In this document: piece after piece, positions 10,685 to 22,338 of the stretch | Layout of the letters: each line of letters starts with the position of its first letter | Position numbering within the stretch: the first letter of the stretch is position 1 | Assembly: GCA_964035575.1 (NCBI GenBank) | Contig: OZ037845.1 | Location: forward strand, 806,001-870,000 | Direction of reading: 5' to 3' | Origin: Rhynchopus sp. YZ270_cl-10 | Lineage: Eukaryota | DNA length: 64,000 nt | Translations under genes and position numbers: made by a program | The notes under the pieces: generated by a model | The model's input: only the letters and a program-made list of their open reading frames with translations | What the model was told of the DNA's origin: nothing | The model's database searches: none

Positions 10685-11329
10685 TCATGCCTTCAAAACA
10701 GTGCGAAGGCCCTCCGCAGACGCGTAGTACTCCTTCACCTTCGGGTGGTTTGCAACCACAGCCTTGTGTGCAGCAAGGTTCTTGAACGACACCAGTGCGT
10801 CCGACGGGACACCGTCAAGGAACCCAGACACAAGGAACTGTGCATATGTGAAGATCACCAAGTCTGCCACTGTCAGGGAGTCACCCACAGCGTACTTCTT
10901 CCCCGCAAGACGCGAGTCCAGGAAGACAAGCCACTTGTGGAAGTCCCCACCCTCAGCAATGGCAGTCGCACGGAAGGCCTTCTTCTCGTCCTCGTCCTTG
11001 ATCTCAAACGACTTGCGCAGAACTGTGAAGAGCTCATCCGCGTAGTCAATGATCTCGTCCACACTCAGCGCCACACGTGCATCCTTGGGGTACAGGTTCC
11101 CGAGTTTCGCAACGTAACGCAGGATTGAGCTGTGCTGTCCCACCACCTCCCCGTCCACGTGCAGAAGCGGCAGCTGCTGTGGGGCCACCTTCGCCTTCAG
11201 ACCCCCTCCCCACGTCGGGAAGTCAATGTGCTCATCCTCAAGCACAAGGCCACCCACGTGTGCGGCAAGACGGGTCGCCTCAGGCTTCGAGGGGACGCCG
11301 AAGTAGACAAGCTTCAGGGTCGGTGCCAT
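10685..11329 (-). CDS. Glutathione S-transferase, sigma/alpha-like
   Basis: Paralogue of 2966-3610 with three amino-acid differences. Confidence 0.92.
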   Translation of the reverse strand: MAPTLKLVYFGVPSKPEATRLAAHVGGLVLEDEHIDFPTWGGGLKAKVAPQQLPLLHVDGEVVGQHSSILRYVAKLGNLYPKDARVALSVDEIIDYADELFTVLRKSFEIKDEDEKKAFRATAIAEGGDFHKWLVFLDSRLAGKKYAVGDSLTVADLVIFTYAQFLVSGFLDGVPSDALVSFKNLAAHKAVVANHPKVKEYYASAEGLRTVLKA

Positions 11330-11425
11330 TTTGTGTGGTGAGGGTGGTGTTGTGGTGTTGTGTTGAGAATCTGTGAGATTTGTTGAGGGAAGCCATGGGG
11401 GAAGTTATGTGTTTCGAGGCAGAAG

Positions 11426-11522
11426 AGAGATCAGAGGTGTCCTAAGGTATTGTAAAGCCTATTCGGGCATCGCTCGTGGAGCTCCGACTGGGGCGGCATA
11501 TCAGTGGTTTTCATCACTTCCG
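11426..11522 (-). ncRNA. Box C/D snoRNA family B, copy 1 of 4
   Basis: C box GTGATGA (11517-11511) and D box CTGA (11434-11431). Two guides: CCTTAGGACACC against LSU GGTGTCCTAAGG, and GCCGCCCCAGTC against LSU G[AG]CTGGGGCGG. Confidence 0.85.
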
Positions 11523-11581
11523 AAGCTGCAGTTGTGTGTTGCATCGTGATGTGGTGTGGTGTGTGAATGTGCACAGGTTGT

Positions 11582-11683
11582 GGAGTCAGCTAGGGGCGAA
11601 AGAAAGACCAACCCTCATATCCTCCTGAGAGGTGTATTGGGAGCAGCTTGCGGTGCTGCCAAGAAGTTTTGTCATCATGCTCG
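11582..11683 (-). ncRNA. Box C/D snoRNA family G (single copy)
   Basis: C box ATGATGA (11678-11672), D box CTGA (11589-11586) and a short terminal stem. The guide TCTTTCGCCCCTA is antisense to LSU TAGGGGCGAAAGA. Confidence 0.85.
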
Positions 11684-12432
11684 CTGTGTGTGGTGTGGGG
11701 CAGCTGTCTGCAACAAAGACAAAAAAAGAAATCACCAATTTTTCCCAACAAATACCTCGTGTCCAAGCACGTCCCCCGGAAAGCTAGTTTTCTCCACAGA
11801 GCACCCACTGGGGTGGGGCCTGACCAATGACGATACCTGAACAGAAAGGTGAATTTGAACGTCTCTACGGATGCAGACAAAAAATAATGCAGAAAGGACG
11901 GCAGCAATCAACCCAGACGAAGCGAATGTGTGAAAGCACGCCTATTGTCCATAGTGAAGCAAGATAAACTGAGGCTTAAAAATGATCAAGGATAAGCATC
12001 GCCACACTGCCAACATCAACACGAAGTGGACAGCAAAGACTGGAGTCGAATCACAGCATTTGGCAGAAAGTAGATTGAATTAAAGAAAATAAGGGAAATC
12101 ACTACACACTAGAAAAAAACACAACAAACAGTTGGCAAGTAAAAAGAACTGACACGGTACGATGAATGTGCATACCATGCACACATCTGAGTAAATAGAA
12201 ACGTTAGTAAGATGAACCTAAGCCTCTCCTGCTCAGTCACCAAGTAAAGATGGCATACGGGATCCTCCCCGTAAGAATAGTATAATCAAAGGTACATGAC
12301 GTTATCATCGGCGAATTTGTTAGGTTACATCACAAACTGCAGACGTGGGGTGGAGCTTTGTCTTGGTAGTGTGCTCTGGTTCCATGCTGTGCAGGACTCA
12401 GCATCAACGCAGAACATCCGAAGACATGAACA

Positions 12433-13365
12433 TCACTCCGGCTTGGTGTAGCGGGTGACTTCCTGGAGACGTGTCATGTCGTCGCCACCGTGGCCGGCGT
12501 CGGACACCTTTTGGAGGTTGGCAGCAACGAAGTCGGGGACGACTGTGGAGAAGTCGTTTGCCTTGAAGTAGGGGAGGCGGCCTGCAGTGAAGTTGAGCCA
12601 CGTGTCGATGGTGGCGATGGGCGCCTTGGCGTATGCCTCGTCAGAGCGGTCGCCCATGCGGCCACTCAGCGCACCCAGCATCACAGGAAGGCCGGCAAAG
12701 CGCTGCTTCATGCACTCCATCACAAGGTCGTGCGGCACACCCTCCTTCTCCAGCATGCTCAGGTTGGCGGACCACGACGTGAACACAGCCAGCGCCACGT
12801 CCACCACTGCGTAGTCCAGCGCACGGCTCGCCCCAACATCCCCAGACCACATCGGCACACCCAGGTCCTTCAGGAAGCCCTCCGTCAGCACGTCTGTCGT
12901 CGCCTTGTCTGCCGACGACAGGAACAGCGTCCCTGTCCCCGCACGCGTCTTCGAAGGCCCACCGCTGTAGGCCGCGTCCACGTAGTGCCCCACACCCTTC
13001 GCAGCCAGCATCGTCCCGATCGTGCGCCCCTCGTCAGGGTTCCCCGACACAAGGTTCACAAACGTGCGTCCCTTCCACACACCAGGCACCTCCGCCTCCG
13101 CCTTCTCAATCAGCTCCTCCACGTCCCGCATCGTCCCAAGGATCGCCACAATCGGCGGCGCACTCGCTGCGTCCGCAGCACCCTCCTTCAGCACGTCCCC
13201 AAGCGCCTCGTGCACCACAATCCTCTCCTTCGCCTCGCTCTCCTCACGCATCGCGTCCGCGCGGGCCTTCGTTCTGTTCCATGCAGCCACCTCGTGGCCC
13301 TGATCCGCAAGGCGCAGGCACATCCCTGCACCCATCTTGCCCACTCCAAGGAAGCACACCTTCAT
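12433..13365 (-). CDS. NAD(P)-dependent oxidoreductase, beta-hydroxyacid dehydrogenase / imine reductase (IRED)-like, 310 aa
   Basis: FLGVGKMG Rossmann motif, WNRTKARA, VNLVSGNP and GDVGASRALDYAVV. Confidence 0.8.
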   Translation of the reverse strand: MKVCFLGVGKMGAGMCLRLADQGHEVAAWNRTKARADAMREESEAKERIVVHEALGDVLKEGAADAASAPPIVAILGTMRDVEELIEKAEAEVPGVWKGRTFVNLVSGNPDEGRTIGTMLAAKGVGHYVDAAYSGGPSKTRAGTGTLFLSSADKATTDVLTEGFLKDLGVPMWSGDVGASRALDYAVVDVALAVFTSWSANLSMLEKEGVPHDLVMECMKQRFAGLPVMLGALSGRMGDRSDEAYAKAPIATIDTWLNFTAGRLPYFKANDFSTVVPDFVAANLQKVSDAGHGGDDMTRLQEVTRYTKPE

Positions 13366-13488
13366 TGTTCTGTTCTTTGTTCTGAAAGCAAAAGCTGATG
13401 GGTGTCGTGTTTGTCGTGTGGGTGGGTGGAGTCGTGGGGTCGCACACCCGCAAGAATGCAGTATGTGTGCAGAGGGAAGCAAGCGAAA

Positions 13489-13579
13489 GTGTTTCAGACA
13501 AAGCGGTTAAAGTATGTGCTCACGGTCGAGACTCACATTGGTGCCAGCACTGACAATTAAAAGGTTTTCATCATGCTTT
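13489..13579 (-). ncRNA. Box C/D snoRNA family A, copy 3 of 5
   Basis: One substitution relative to 2311-2401. Confidence 0.8.
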
Positions 13580-13605
13580 CGTGTCAACGTGTTTCGAGGC
13601 AGAAG

Positions 13606-13702
13606 AGAGATCAGAGGTGTCCTAAGGTATTGTAAAGCCTATTCGGGCATCGCTCGTGGAGCTCCGACTGGGGCGGCATATCAGTGGTTTTCATCACTTC
13701 CG
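13606..13702 (-). ncRNA. Box C/D snoRNA family B, copy 2 of 4
   Basis: Matches 11426-11522. Confidence 0.85.
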
Positions 13703-14214
13703 AAGCTGCAGTGGTCGCAATGAAGCAATATAGTATCAAAACATGGGGGTTGGTGTCGTTTGTTTTGCACATCACTTTGTTCCAGAGAGAAAAGTGTGGA
13801 TAAACAATATCGTTCGTAACTCTTGGTATCTTCCGCTTCCCCTTTCTGACGTCAAACACATCATAAGGGGGAAGGCAAAAGCCGCACCAATAGGTAGAAG
13901 AAAAACCCAAAAAAGCAAAAGGAGTAAGCTGGCGAAGAGAAGATGTGTTTTGGAAACACAGTAAAAAAAGAAAAGCAAAGTTGTGAACGGTAACGTGCAG
14001 ACGCCTCGTGGACGCAGACACACGATAAGAAAACCCAAGGTGTGGAGAGCAAAGCTAGCTCAATGTCTCCACAATAACAGGATGAGCAGGAAGTGGACGA
14101 CACATTGTACATCCCTTCCTTCCTTCCCGATCCTGTCCAAAAAATATGAAAGTCGAAGTGAAGGTGAAAGTCGCAGACATCACCAAAATGCCCAAAGACA
14201 CAAAACAAATCAGC

Positions 14215-14859
14215 TCATGCCTTGAAGACAGTGCGAAGGCCCTCCGCAGACGCGTAGTACTCCTTCACCTTCGGGTGGTTTGCAACCACAGCCTTGTGTG
14301 CAGCAAGGTTCTTGAACGACACCAGTGCGTCCGACGGGATGCCTTCAAAGAACCCAGACACAAGGAAGTGCACGGCTGTGAAGACCGACAGGTCTGCCAC
14401 TGTCAGGGAGTCACCCACAGCGTACTTCTTCCCCGCAAGACGCGAGTCCAGGAAGACAAGCCACTTGTGCAGGTCCCCACCCTCAGCAACAGCTGTCGCA
14501 GCGAATTCCTTCTTCTCCGCATCGTCCGTCAGCGCAAAGAACTTCCCCAGAACTGTGAAGAGCTCCCCTGCGTAGTCAATCGTCTCGTCCACACTCAGCG
14601 CCACACGTGCATCCTCGGGGTACAGGTTCGTCAGTCTCCCGACGTAGCGCAGGATTGCGTTGCTCTGTCCCACCACCTCCCCGTCCACGTGCAGAAGCGG
14701 CAGCTGCTGTGGGGCCACCTTCGCCTTCAGACTCGCTCCCCACGTCGGGAAGTCAATGTGCTCATCCTCAAACGCAAGGCCACCGATGTGTGCGGCAAGA
14801 CGGACTGCCTCGGGCTTCGTGGGGAAGGGGAAGTAGACAAGCTTCAGGGTCGGTGCCAT
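14215..14859 (-). CDS. Glutathione S-transferase, sigma/alpha-like, diverged paralogue
   Basis: Same length and motifs as the other copies. Differs at YFPFPTKPEAV, QSNAILRYVG, GKFFALTDDAEKKEFAA and VFTAVHF. Confidence 0.92.
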   Translation of the reverse strand: MAPTLKLVYFPFPTKPEAVRLAAHIGGLAFEDEHIDFPTWGASLKAKVAPQQLPLLHVDGEVVGQSNAILRYVGRLTNLYPEDARVALSVDETIDYAGELFTVLGKFFALTDDAEKKEFAATAVAEGGDLHKWLVFLDSRLAGKKYAVGDSLTVADLSVFTAVHFLVSGFFEGIPSDALVSFKNLAAHKAVVANHPKVKEYYASAEGLRTVFKA

Positions 14860-14966
14860 TTTGTGTGAGGGTGGGTGTTGTGTTGAGAATCTGTGTGAGG
14901 TTTTGTTAGAAATGACATTCGAGTGCATCGGGTGTTGTTGTTCTGCGCATCGTTTGAGAAACACAC

Positions 14967-15036
14967 AAATCTCGCAATACTTAGCGGCCCTCTCGAAGTT
15001 TACGAAGAAAACCCACGGAGGTATTTGAAGCTGCTT
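14967..15036 (-). ncRNA. Candidate AGA-box snoRNA, copy 3 of 3
   Basis: Pocket strands and AGA are conserved; changes are confined to the apical region. Confidence 0.6.
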
Positions 15037-17327
15037 TATCATTTGTATCACTGACTGTCGAGTGGAGTGTACGAAATGGAGGCAAGAGTAGCCAGTACTA
15101 CTCATGGACTAACATCAGTCAACAACTTCTTTGGAATTGTAATGATGGAGCTTCATGGGAGACAATAGGTTCGGTGAACGGGAACTACACCAAGAAAAAA
15201 AAACCCTTCGCAGAGTTTTCGAATCGTTTCTTTGAGAACCAACCAGACACTTTTCTTCAGGTGAAAACAAACAATTTCTTTTTTTTTTTCATTTATTTTA
15301 TTTTTCATTTCTTTTCTGAATACTATTTTGCGTACCTGTTCCTGAGAGTGAGAACAAGGATGTTCGAGAATAGGAAATTGACTGTTTTGCAGTAAAAGAC
15401 ATGGTTGCCATTTTTGGAAAGGTGATACTCTCCTCAAGACAAGACTCTGCGTGTGGAGGCTGGTTGAGCAGGAATATGTTACGACTGCATCGTATCTGAT
15501 GTACGCTAACACTTCCTTTACAGTGTTCTGAACAACACCGCTGAAGGAGAAAGAAAGACACAAAAATAAAGAAAAAAAGAGAAAAAAAAAAACTTGAAAG
15601 ATGCGCCCGAGGCCCATGATTAGTCACTATAAAAAGAAGCTTGTAAAAAAAAATGAATACAATTCTCTCATACAAGATGTGCAAAAAATATGGAAAAAAA
15701 GAACAAAAATAACCCACTACAGTGGCTTAAATGTTATAAAGAAGTAACGCTTTGGATAGTACCTAATCGTCCATCAGGAACATTCGTTGGGGAAGAAGAA
15801 GTTAAAGAAAACCTCAAGAAAGAGAAAAAAAAAAACAACAAATCTTCGACATAGAGTGGAAAGGAAAAGATACGTCAGACCACGCCTACGTAGTGCAAAC
15901 AGCGGTGGCATTTTCTTTGTTTACAAGAGGCTTATGCCTTAATTTTTTTGTTTTCTGTTTTCTTTCATTTTTTGTTGTTTTTTGCACTGCAACGTACACA
16001 GCGTCACTACCGGTATTTTTTTTTCTCAGTAGCTTTTTTCAGACTGCTTGTTGAGAAAACGTCAGCATTTTGTGTTTTTTTTTTTGGTTCTTTTTGGTTG
16101 TCATGCTGTCATAATCGAGCTACCACAGGCAAGTGGAGTGTACAGCGGTTCCCTTCACCTTTTTAACTCTGTTTATTCATTTGTGCCCTTTTTTGCCTCC
16201 ATATTAAACCACAACCACCCCCACTCAGAAGAAAACAACGGTAGAGGCGGGTATGATATCAATGGAGTCCAAAATCATGACACAGCTCAGTGATAAAATA
16301 GGGGGGAATTGTTTTTTGGCCATTGTAACTTTTTTTTTTTTGACAATTTGTTGGGTTTCTGTGAGCCTGCAATACAGTATTTCACTTCATTCATCATCAG
16401 CAATCTCAGTAATATCACAATCACCTTTGGTGCATATATTTTTTTTTCTCAAAAAGGGGACCCGTTCTATGAATCATTTGTTGGGATAATCCTCTTTTAT
16501 GCGAAAAACAGATATGACACGTACAACACAACACCCGATAGAAAAAAAATTAAGATGAACTTACATCTTTAGTCACCTTTGAAAAGAATGAAAATAATTG
16601 GGAATATGCTTGACTTTCGTCTTTTTTTTAAATGTTTTGATGCTTTTTTATGGTAGTCCCCTGCATTATTTACCCTGCAGGAATTTTTCCCATAAACCTA
16701 TTAACACAGATCGTCTTCAAGAAAAGCTTTGTTTTACCCTCCCTTTTGAGTATAGACCCTTAAGACTCAGCACTTTCTTGCACCAGTAAACACTCTTTAT
16801 CTTGATGCCATGTGGCCGTTCGCGCCGTATCTTCACCTCTCACTGAACACCAAAGAGCTAGAGTGCTGAAGTTACGGTACCAATCAAAAAAGTACATCAC
16901 GTCTGAATCCAATGCAAATCAAAGAAAACATTTTAGATGAATATGACTCTCGTGTTAATCATAGGCATTGTTCCGCCCTGGAGGAATTACCTATTTTTAA
17001 CACATCGACACAAAATCTTATAAAATGTGTAAAAAGGGAGGGTTGGTTTTCAAGGAGAGAGACGTCGAGAAAGAGAGAGAGAGCACGGATGGAAAGAAAT
17101 GAGGCAGATATACCCCAACCCAAGAAGAGGGGGGTGACCAATGTACAGTTTTTGAAGACTTCCATCATCACTCCCCATCGAGGGTGGGGGGATTGTTTAA
17201 TTTTGAGGGGAGGTTTTCTAAGGCGTTCACTAAGACGCACAGTGCTTAGCCCGTACGATGAAGTGAATGAGTTGACTTCTGGTTTTACTTTATGGGTTCA
17301 CCGTTGTAAGCAAACGGTGAAATCAAT

Positions 17328-18807
17328 CAGGGTATTAGTTACCGTACAAATTCTGGTTTTGAAAACCAGAATTCCCCAATTCTGGTTATCCAAAAAAAAA
17401 AAAAAAAAGTGAGATTCGGGCAGGGTATTTCCTAAATCCACTACCCGTCTCCCGAGATTTTTTCAGAAAAAGTTCCGCGCTTTTTTTGCAAGGGGGGTTT
17501 TCAGGTGTTCCGCGGTTTTTTTGCAAGGGGAGAGTAGTCGTGGGAAGGAGCACAGGGTGGGGTAAAAATGTCCGAGGAAAAAATATTCCGAACCTCGGAG
17601 CCCCGATCTTGCAAAATAACGCAAAAAAGTCCGGAAAAAAAGTTCACAGGCCAAAAAAAAATTCCGCCTGCGGCGGGCACATTTCCCCCTTTTTTTTATG
17701 TTAGGGTAGCTGTATTTAAAGTGCCTATTTTTTGGTATTTTCCCGAAAAAAGTATGTTCGCTGTTCTGGATCGCTCCAATCATTCAAATAAAGCAGTTTT
17801 CGGGAATTTTTATTTTCACCGATGTTGGGTACCGTGCGCCTGCGGCGCTGCCTGTTCCTACCAGTTCCTACAGGCAAACACTTGGCCCCTTTACCTTACA
17901 CTGACGGGTTTTGACCAAAACCAAGGACTTGCCCAATTCGGCAAATTGACCCCACCACAGAACGGGCGGATTCCGAAAATGCAAATGCCGGTGTTTTCGG
18001 GCATTTTCATGTTTTCAGGATCAGGGAGAGAAAATCTGGGTTGTGGGATTTACCTGGTCCCCTTCACCTTACACTCATTTTGACCAACACCAAGAACTTG
18101 GCCATTTCGGCAAAGTGACCCCACCACAAGCCGGGATTGGCTCGGAAATGCACCATAACTCAGTTTTCTGCACAAAAAACCCTAACGTTGCTCAGCGCGC
18201 TTTTTTTGCACCCGATTCCGGATTTTGAGATTTTGGGACCCCGATTTAGGAAATACCCTGGATTCGGGATTTTTCAAAAAAATTTTTTTTTGGCCAGGGG
18301 CCCGAAGGAAGTTCGGTTCCCACCCACCCCCCCAGCAGCCCAACCTCCTCATATCGAGCGAGAATAAGGGATCGGCGATCATAAAAAAGTAGCGTACCGT
18401 GGCTGCGCCTGTGGCGCAGTCAAAAATTATGAGCAGTAGCCCTACTGTGCCATAGTTTTGCTGTGAAAATGGTCGATTTTATATCACAATTTTTGAAATG
18501 TTGCGTACCGTGGCTTCGCCAGAAAAGTTTTGATGACATGGCCGCCGTTTCTTCTTGTACTAAGGGAAGGTTTTGTTTGCTACAGAGAGCCCAGTGCAGG
18601 TTGGTTTGGTGCTTGATGTACGTTACCATCCCACGTCATCATGTTTTGACGCGAAATGAACGGACCTTTTCGCGCGGAGCGCGGAAAATTTTTTGCTGAC
18701 CCTTTTTTTTGGAAGACCACAAGAAAAAATAGCGATTCCTGCTGGGGGAGGGAAAAACCAGATAACCAGAATTTGGCCGGAAAAAAAAAAAGCTAACTAA
18801 TACCCTG
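17328..18807. mobile_element. Non-autonomous TIR DNA transposon (1480 bp)
   Basis: Perfect TIR CAGGGTATTAGTTA / TAACTAATACCCTG, flanking 7-bp direct repeat AATCAAT, and subterminal AATTCTGGTTATC / GATAACCAGAATT. No transposase ORF. Confidence 0.85.
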
Positions 18808-19427
18808 AATCAATAAGTAAAATCAAAAAAAAAATTCAATTTACTTCACCGTCCACCTTGGAAAAAATGTTGGCGGTGGGGGGGTGGAGGGGGGTGGGGT
18901 GGGGGTGTGGCAGTTACCCCCAACCCTGAGAGATGAAGTAAAGTAACGAATTTGAAACACGGTCGCGTCTTGCAGACAACACAGAGAGTTCCAGCTTTGT
19001 TGCCGCATGGAAAGGGGGGGAAACACTGGGGATGAATAAACCCTTTAAGGTACAGATCTGTTGAACAGAGGGATGTGTTGATCGGGGGCTTTTGGCATAA
19101 ATGTCAAAAATGGGGAGTAAATTCGGGACAAACGTTCGCGTTCCTTTCCTTCCGAACAGCCCCTTGTGTCAAGGGGTGCAGAAGGTCGCCACCAAGAACG
19201 ACGAAATGTCTCCGATCTAAAAAAAAAAAGCAAACAAAAAGGTGAAGTTTTGAAAAAGAAGAAAAAAAAACGCCCTCTAGTGGGGCGCAAGGTACTGATG
19301 CTCCGTGGGGTTATCGAACCACCCGGAGTGTTGTACGCAAGAACAACCCCACAGATAAAATGCGTATTTTCCACATTCCATTACGTTGACCTCAAAAAAC
19401 AAAGGAAAGTCCAACAAACTGGCAGTC

Positions 19428-19464
19428 ACCCTCCGACTGACCCACGTACGATGCCAGCCATCCG
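19428..19464. repeat. Dispersed short repeat, family 4
   Basis: CCTCCGACTGACCCAC.TACGATGCCAGCCATCC also occurs at about 61272, and in degenerate form at about 24923. Confidence 0.7.
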
Positions 19465-22338
19465 GATGAAAAGCACAAAAAAAAAAGAGAAAATATTAAG
19501 ATGCACAACGAAGTAAGAAAAGGTATATTTTGGTTGCTCGCGAAAGGCAATGATGTCTTTGTTCTGCCAAAAACCGGAACCAAAAGAAAAGAATACTTGA
19601 AAGATGAATGTGCCTCACGTGCACACACGTCTCTTACCGCTATTGCCGAGCAGCGCCTACAGTACACAACAGAGGCAGTGTCGGGCAGCGATGTCTTTGT
19701 GAACTCGATCAGGGGAAGCGCGTCAGGGTGCTTTTAAAAAAAAATCAACAATGTAACACCACAATTCTTTTTTTCTCCTGACAATAGATTTTGTTTCGGG
19801 TATTGAAGGTGGTGATATTTCGAAGCTTTTTACCCAAATTTCGAAACACACTGTTTTCGAGGCTGACCACTAAGTAGAACCACTTTTTTTTATGTTGGTA
19901 TACACAAGAAGTCGGGTTATACAACTTCGAGTTTTTTGTAACATTTTTTTTTTTTTTTTTGGAAAAGATTTTCCATTTTCACTCACATTTCCGCGAAATG
20001 TAGAATATGAACACAAAAAAAGCAAGATAAATTGAAAGTCCCAACGCCCCACCGTACATTGGCGGACGCAGGCGCTGGAACCAAAAAAAAAAGAAACAAT
20101 AGTGTTTTGTCTTTTCTATGTAGGTTCACCCTCAGCAACCCACTCTGTTGAGACACAGAACACTTTGCAGCACAGAAATCCCCTTTGCCTTGACTGTGCC
20201 CAGAAGATACGAGAAAAAGAAAGACACAAAGAAAATATCACAAAGAAAGGAAGCTTGAAAGATGAGTGGGGTCTCACGCATCTTCATAAGTATAATCTCA
20301 TAAACTTGAGAATGAAAAAAAAAAAGGCAGACTTAAAAGGTTGTGTCTTCAACATACATACACAACTCTCAAGCGTTAGGCAGAGCAACCTTGTTTACAG
20401 AACTTTCGCACAATTAAAACCAAACCAAACCAAAACCTTTTAAAATGGTGAACAAAAAGAGAGAGAGAGAGAAGAGAATAAAAATAACAGAAATACAGGA
20501 AGCGACGCAAAAAAAAAAAAAAAAAAAAGATATTTTCTCAAGAGGCTGTGTACGAAGCAATAAAAGAAAACGCTTTTTTATATTCACGAATAAGATGAGA
20601 ACTCATTACCCACCTCGGTACCCACTATATTTCATTGCAATAAATAGCTTTTTTTGTTTCCGTAGAACCAAAGAAGATAAGGTGAAAGCCACAAGGGTAT
20701 CACACACAGCCTGCTCGAGTCAAAATAGCTACTACTTATTAAATTGGTTTAAAAAACTAAAGGTGGTTTTGTGTGTGTTTCTGCTTCAAACACGGTTGTT
20801 TTTTTTTTTAGGGGAGTGAACATTAACACAGGAAATTCGCATACTTTTAGCTTTTGCTTTATTATTTTTGAGTGTAGTTGTCTCGGTTGTGTTGCAACAG
20901 TTTGTGCAAATCTCCACCTTTTTTTTTGAAATTATTTGAGAATATGTGTCACCCTTTTTTGTGAGAGTACATTTCTTTTTTGAAATCCGTAATACACCTG
21001 ACCTTGAGCAACACACGGCACATTCCTTTTTTAAGGGCAAAAAGAAAAAGAAGGTAAAAGAAAACTTGAAGAATGTGTTTCTCGTGTGCACACACAGACA
21101 GCGTAACTAGACGACAATATGAAACGAAACTCTCTTACGAAATAGCCACCTACACACATACTAAGGGAAGTCGGTACAAACACCTCTGTGGACGCAGGTA
21201 CCAGAGAAAGAAAAGACAACACACATATCCTTTTTTTTTTTGTGCAACACACAAGAAGTTTGTGCAGGAAGAGAGAAAAAAAGGGGAAAGACGATGCGTA
21301 TTCACAAAGTTTGCTAAATTTCAGGTTTGCGGTCGCCTCCCCATGACATCATATGGTATAAAAATAGACTATACAGTACGCCAATTGCATCCTATTTAGA
21401 ACCCATGAAAGTCCTCCCTGCCCTTTCTTTGTATCGACACCTACCATTGCAATTGGCGTGCCTTTTAAAAGATTGTTGCATCTCACGCCACAGCACTTAA
21501 GAAGATAAGAATGCCCACCCTTACAGAGGACTAAGCCAAGGTCTAAAGACAACAGCCTCGGGAAAGTCAGCTATTTCTCATTATTCAAGGAAGTGGGGGT
21601 AACCGTACAAAAGGTTATTTCACCTGCTTTCCTGCAAAAAGAGAGGTTGATAGTGTTAACGCTTCACCGTACACCGGACGCATGACACACTGTCTCTTGT
21701 GCATAAAAGAAAGGTTGAAGATGATTGTACCTCAAGAAAATGCCTCGAGGACTCAAGGCATCTTTTCCCCCTCTCATGAAGTTGATAAAGCTGATAAAAT
21801 GAACGAAATGGCTGGGACAGTGCTTAGTCATTTTTGAGACCGGTCTTATCTATGAAACTGGTCGAGGTGTGAGTGGTGGACATTGCATTATGCCTGTTTA
21901 AATGAACGTTGTAACGATCGTCTTGACAATCTGTTGTGTAGCACGCCATTTCGACGGCACATACCAAATAGTTGATTAATAAATAGGATGGTCTCTGGTC
22001 AACGTGAAGGCATGTGGCAGTGAAGCCCATCCCTACCTTTGAGATCAAAATGAACAGATTATTCGTTTTACGCTCCTGTTGATGGGAGCTTGTTTCCTCT
22101 TAGCAAAAAGCTACAAAAAAAAACATGAAATACTGTCATAAAAACCTCAAAAAAAAAACAAAATGAAGGCACAAAAAAGAGGAAAAAAGAGAGAAAAGTT
22201 TTACCGCCTCTGCTTAGTAGGGAAAAAAAACGAACCGGAAATCCAAGAACAGAAAACTATGAACATGCCTCGCATACCGCACATCCAACAATCGAACGAA
22301 AGAGTAAGAGAGAAAAAAATGAATAGGAAAGCCTTAAG

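Larger units (their letters stand above)
3700..11535. repeat. Segmental duplication, copy A (theta GST - pacifastin-like gene - snoRNAs - sigma GST)
   Basis: Near-identical to about 33320-40690. In addition, 2283-3650 duplicates about 10003-11370. Boundaries are approximate. Confidence 0.9.

Noticed and set aside
12395..12440. C/D-like boxes at the end of the IRED-like gene
   Set aside because: Too short, overlaps the stop codon, and has no recognisable rRNA guide.
21349..22050. Balanced-composition stretch as a possible pseudogene (also about 61350-61640)
   Set aside because: No recognisable protein motif in any frame.
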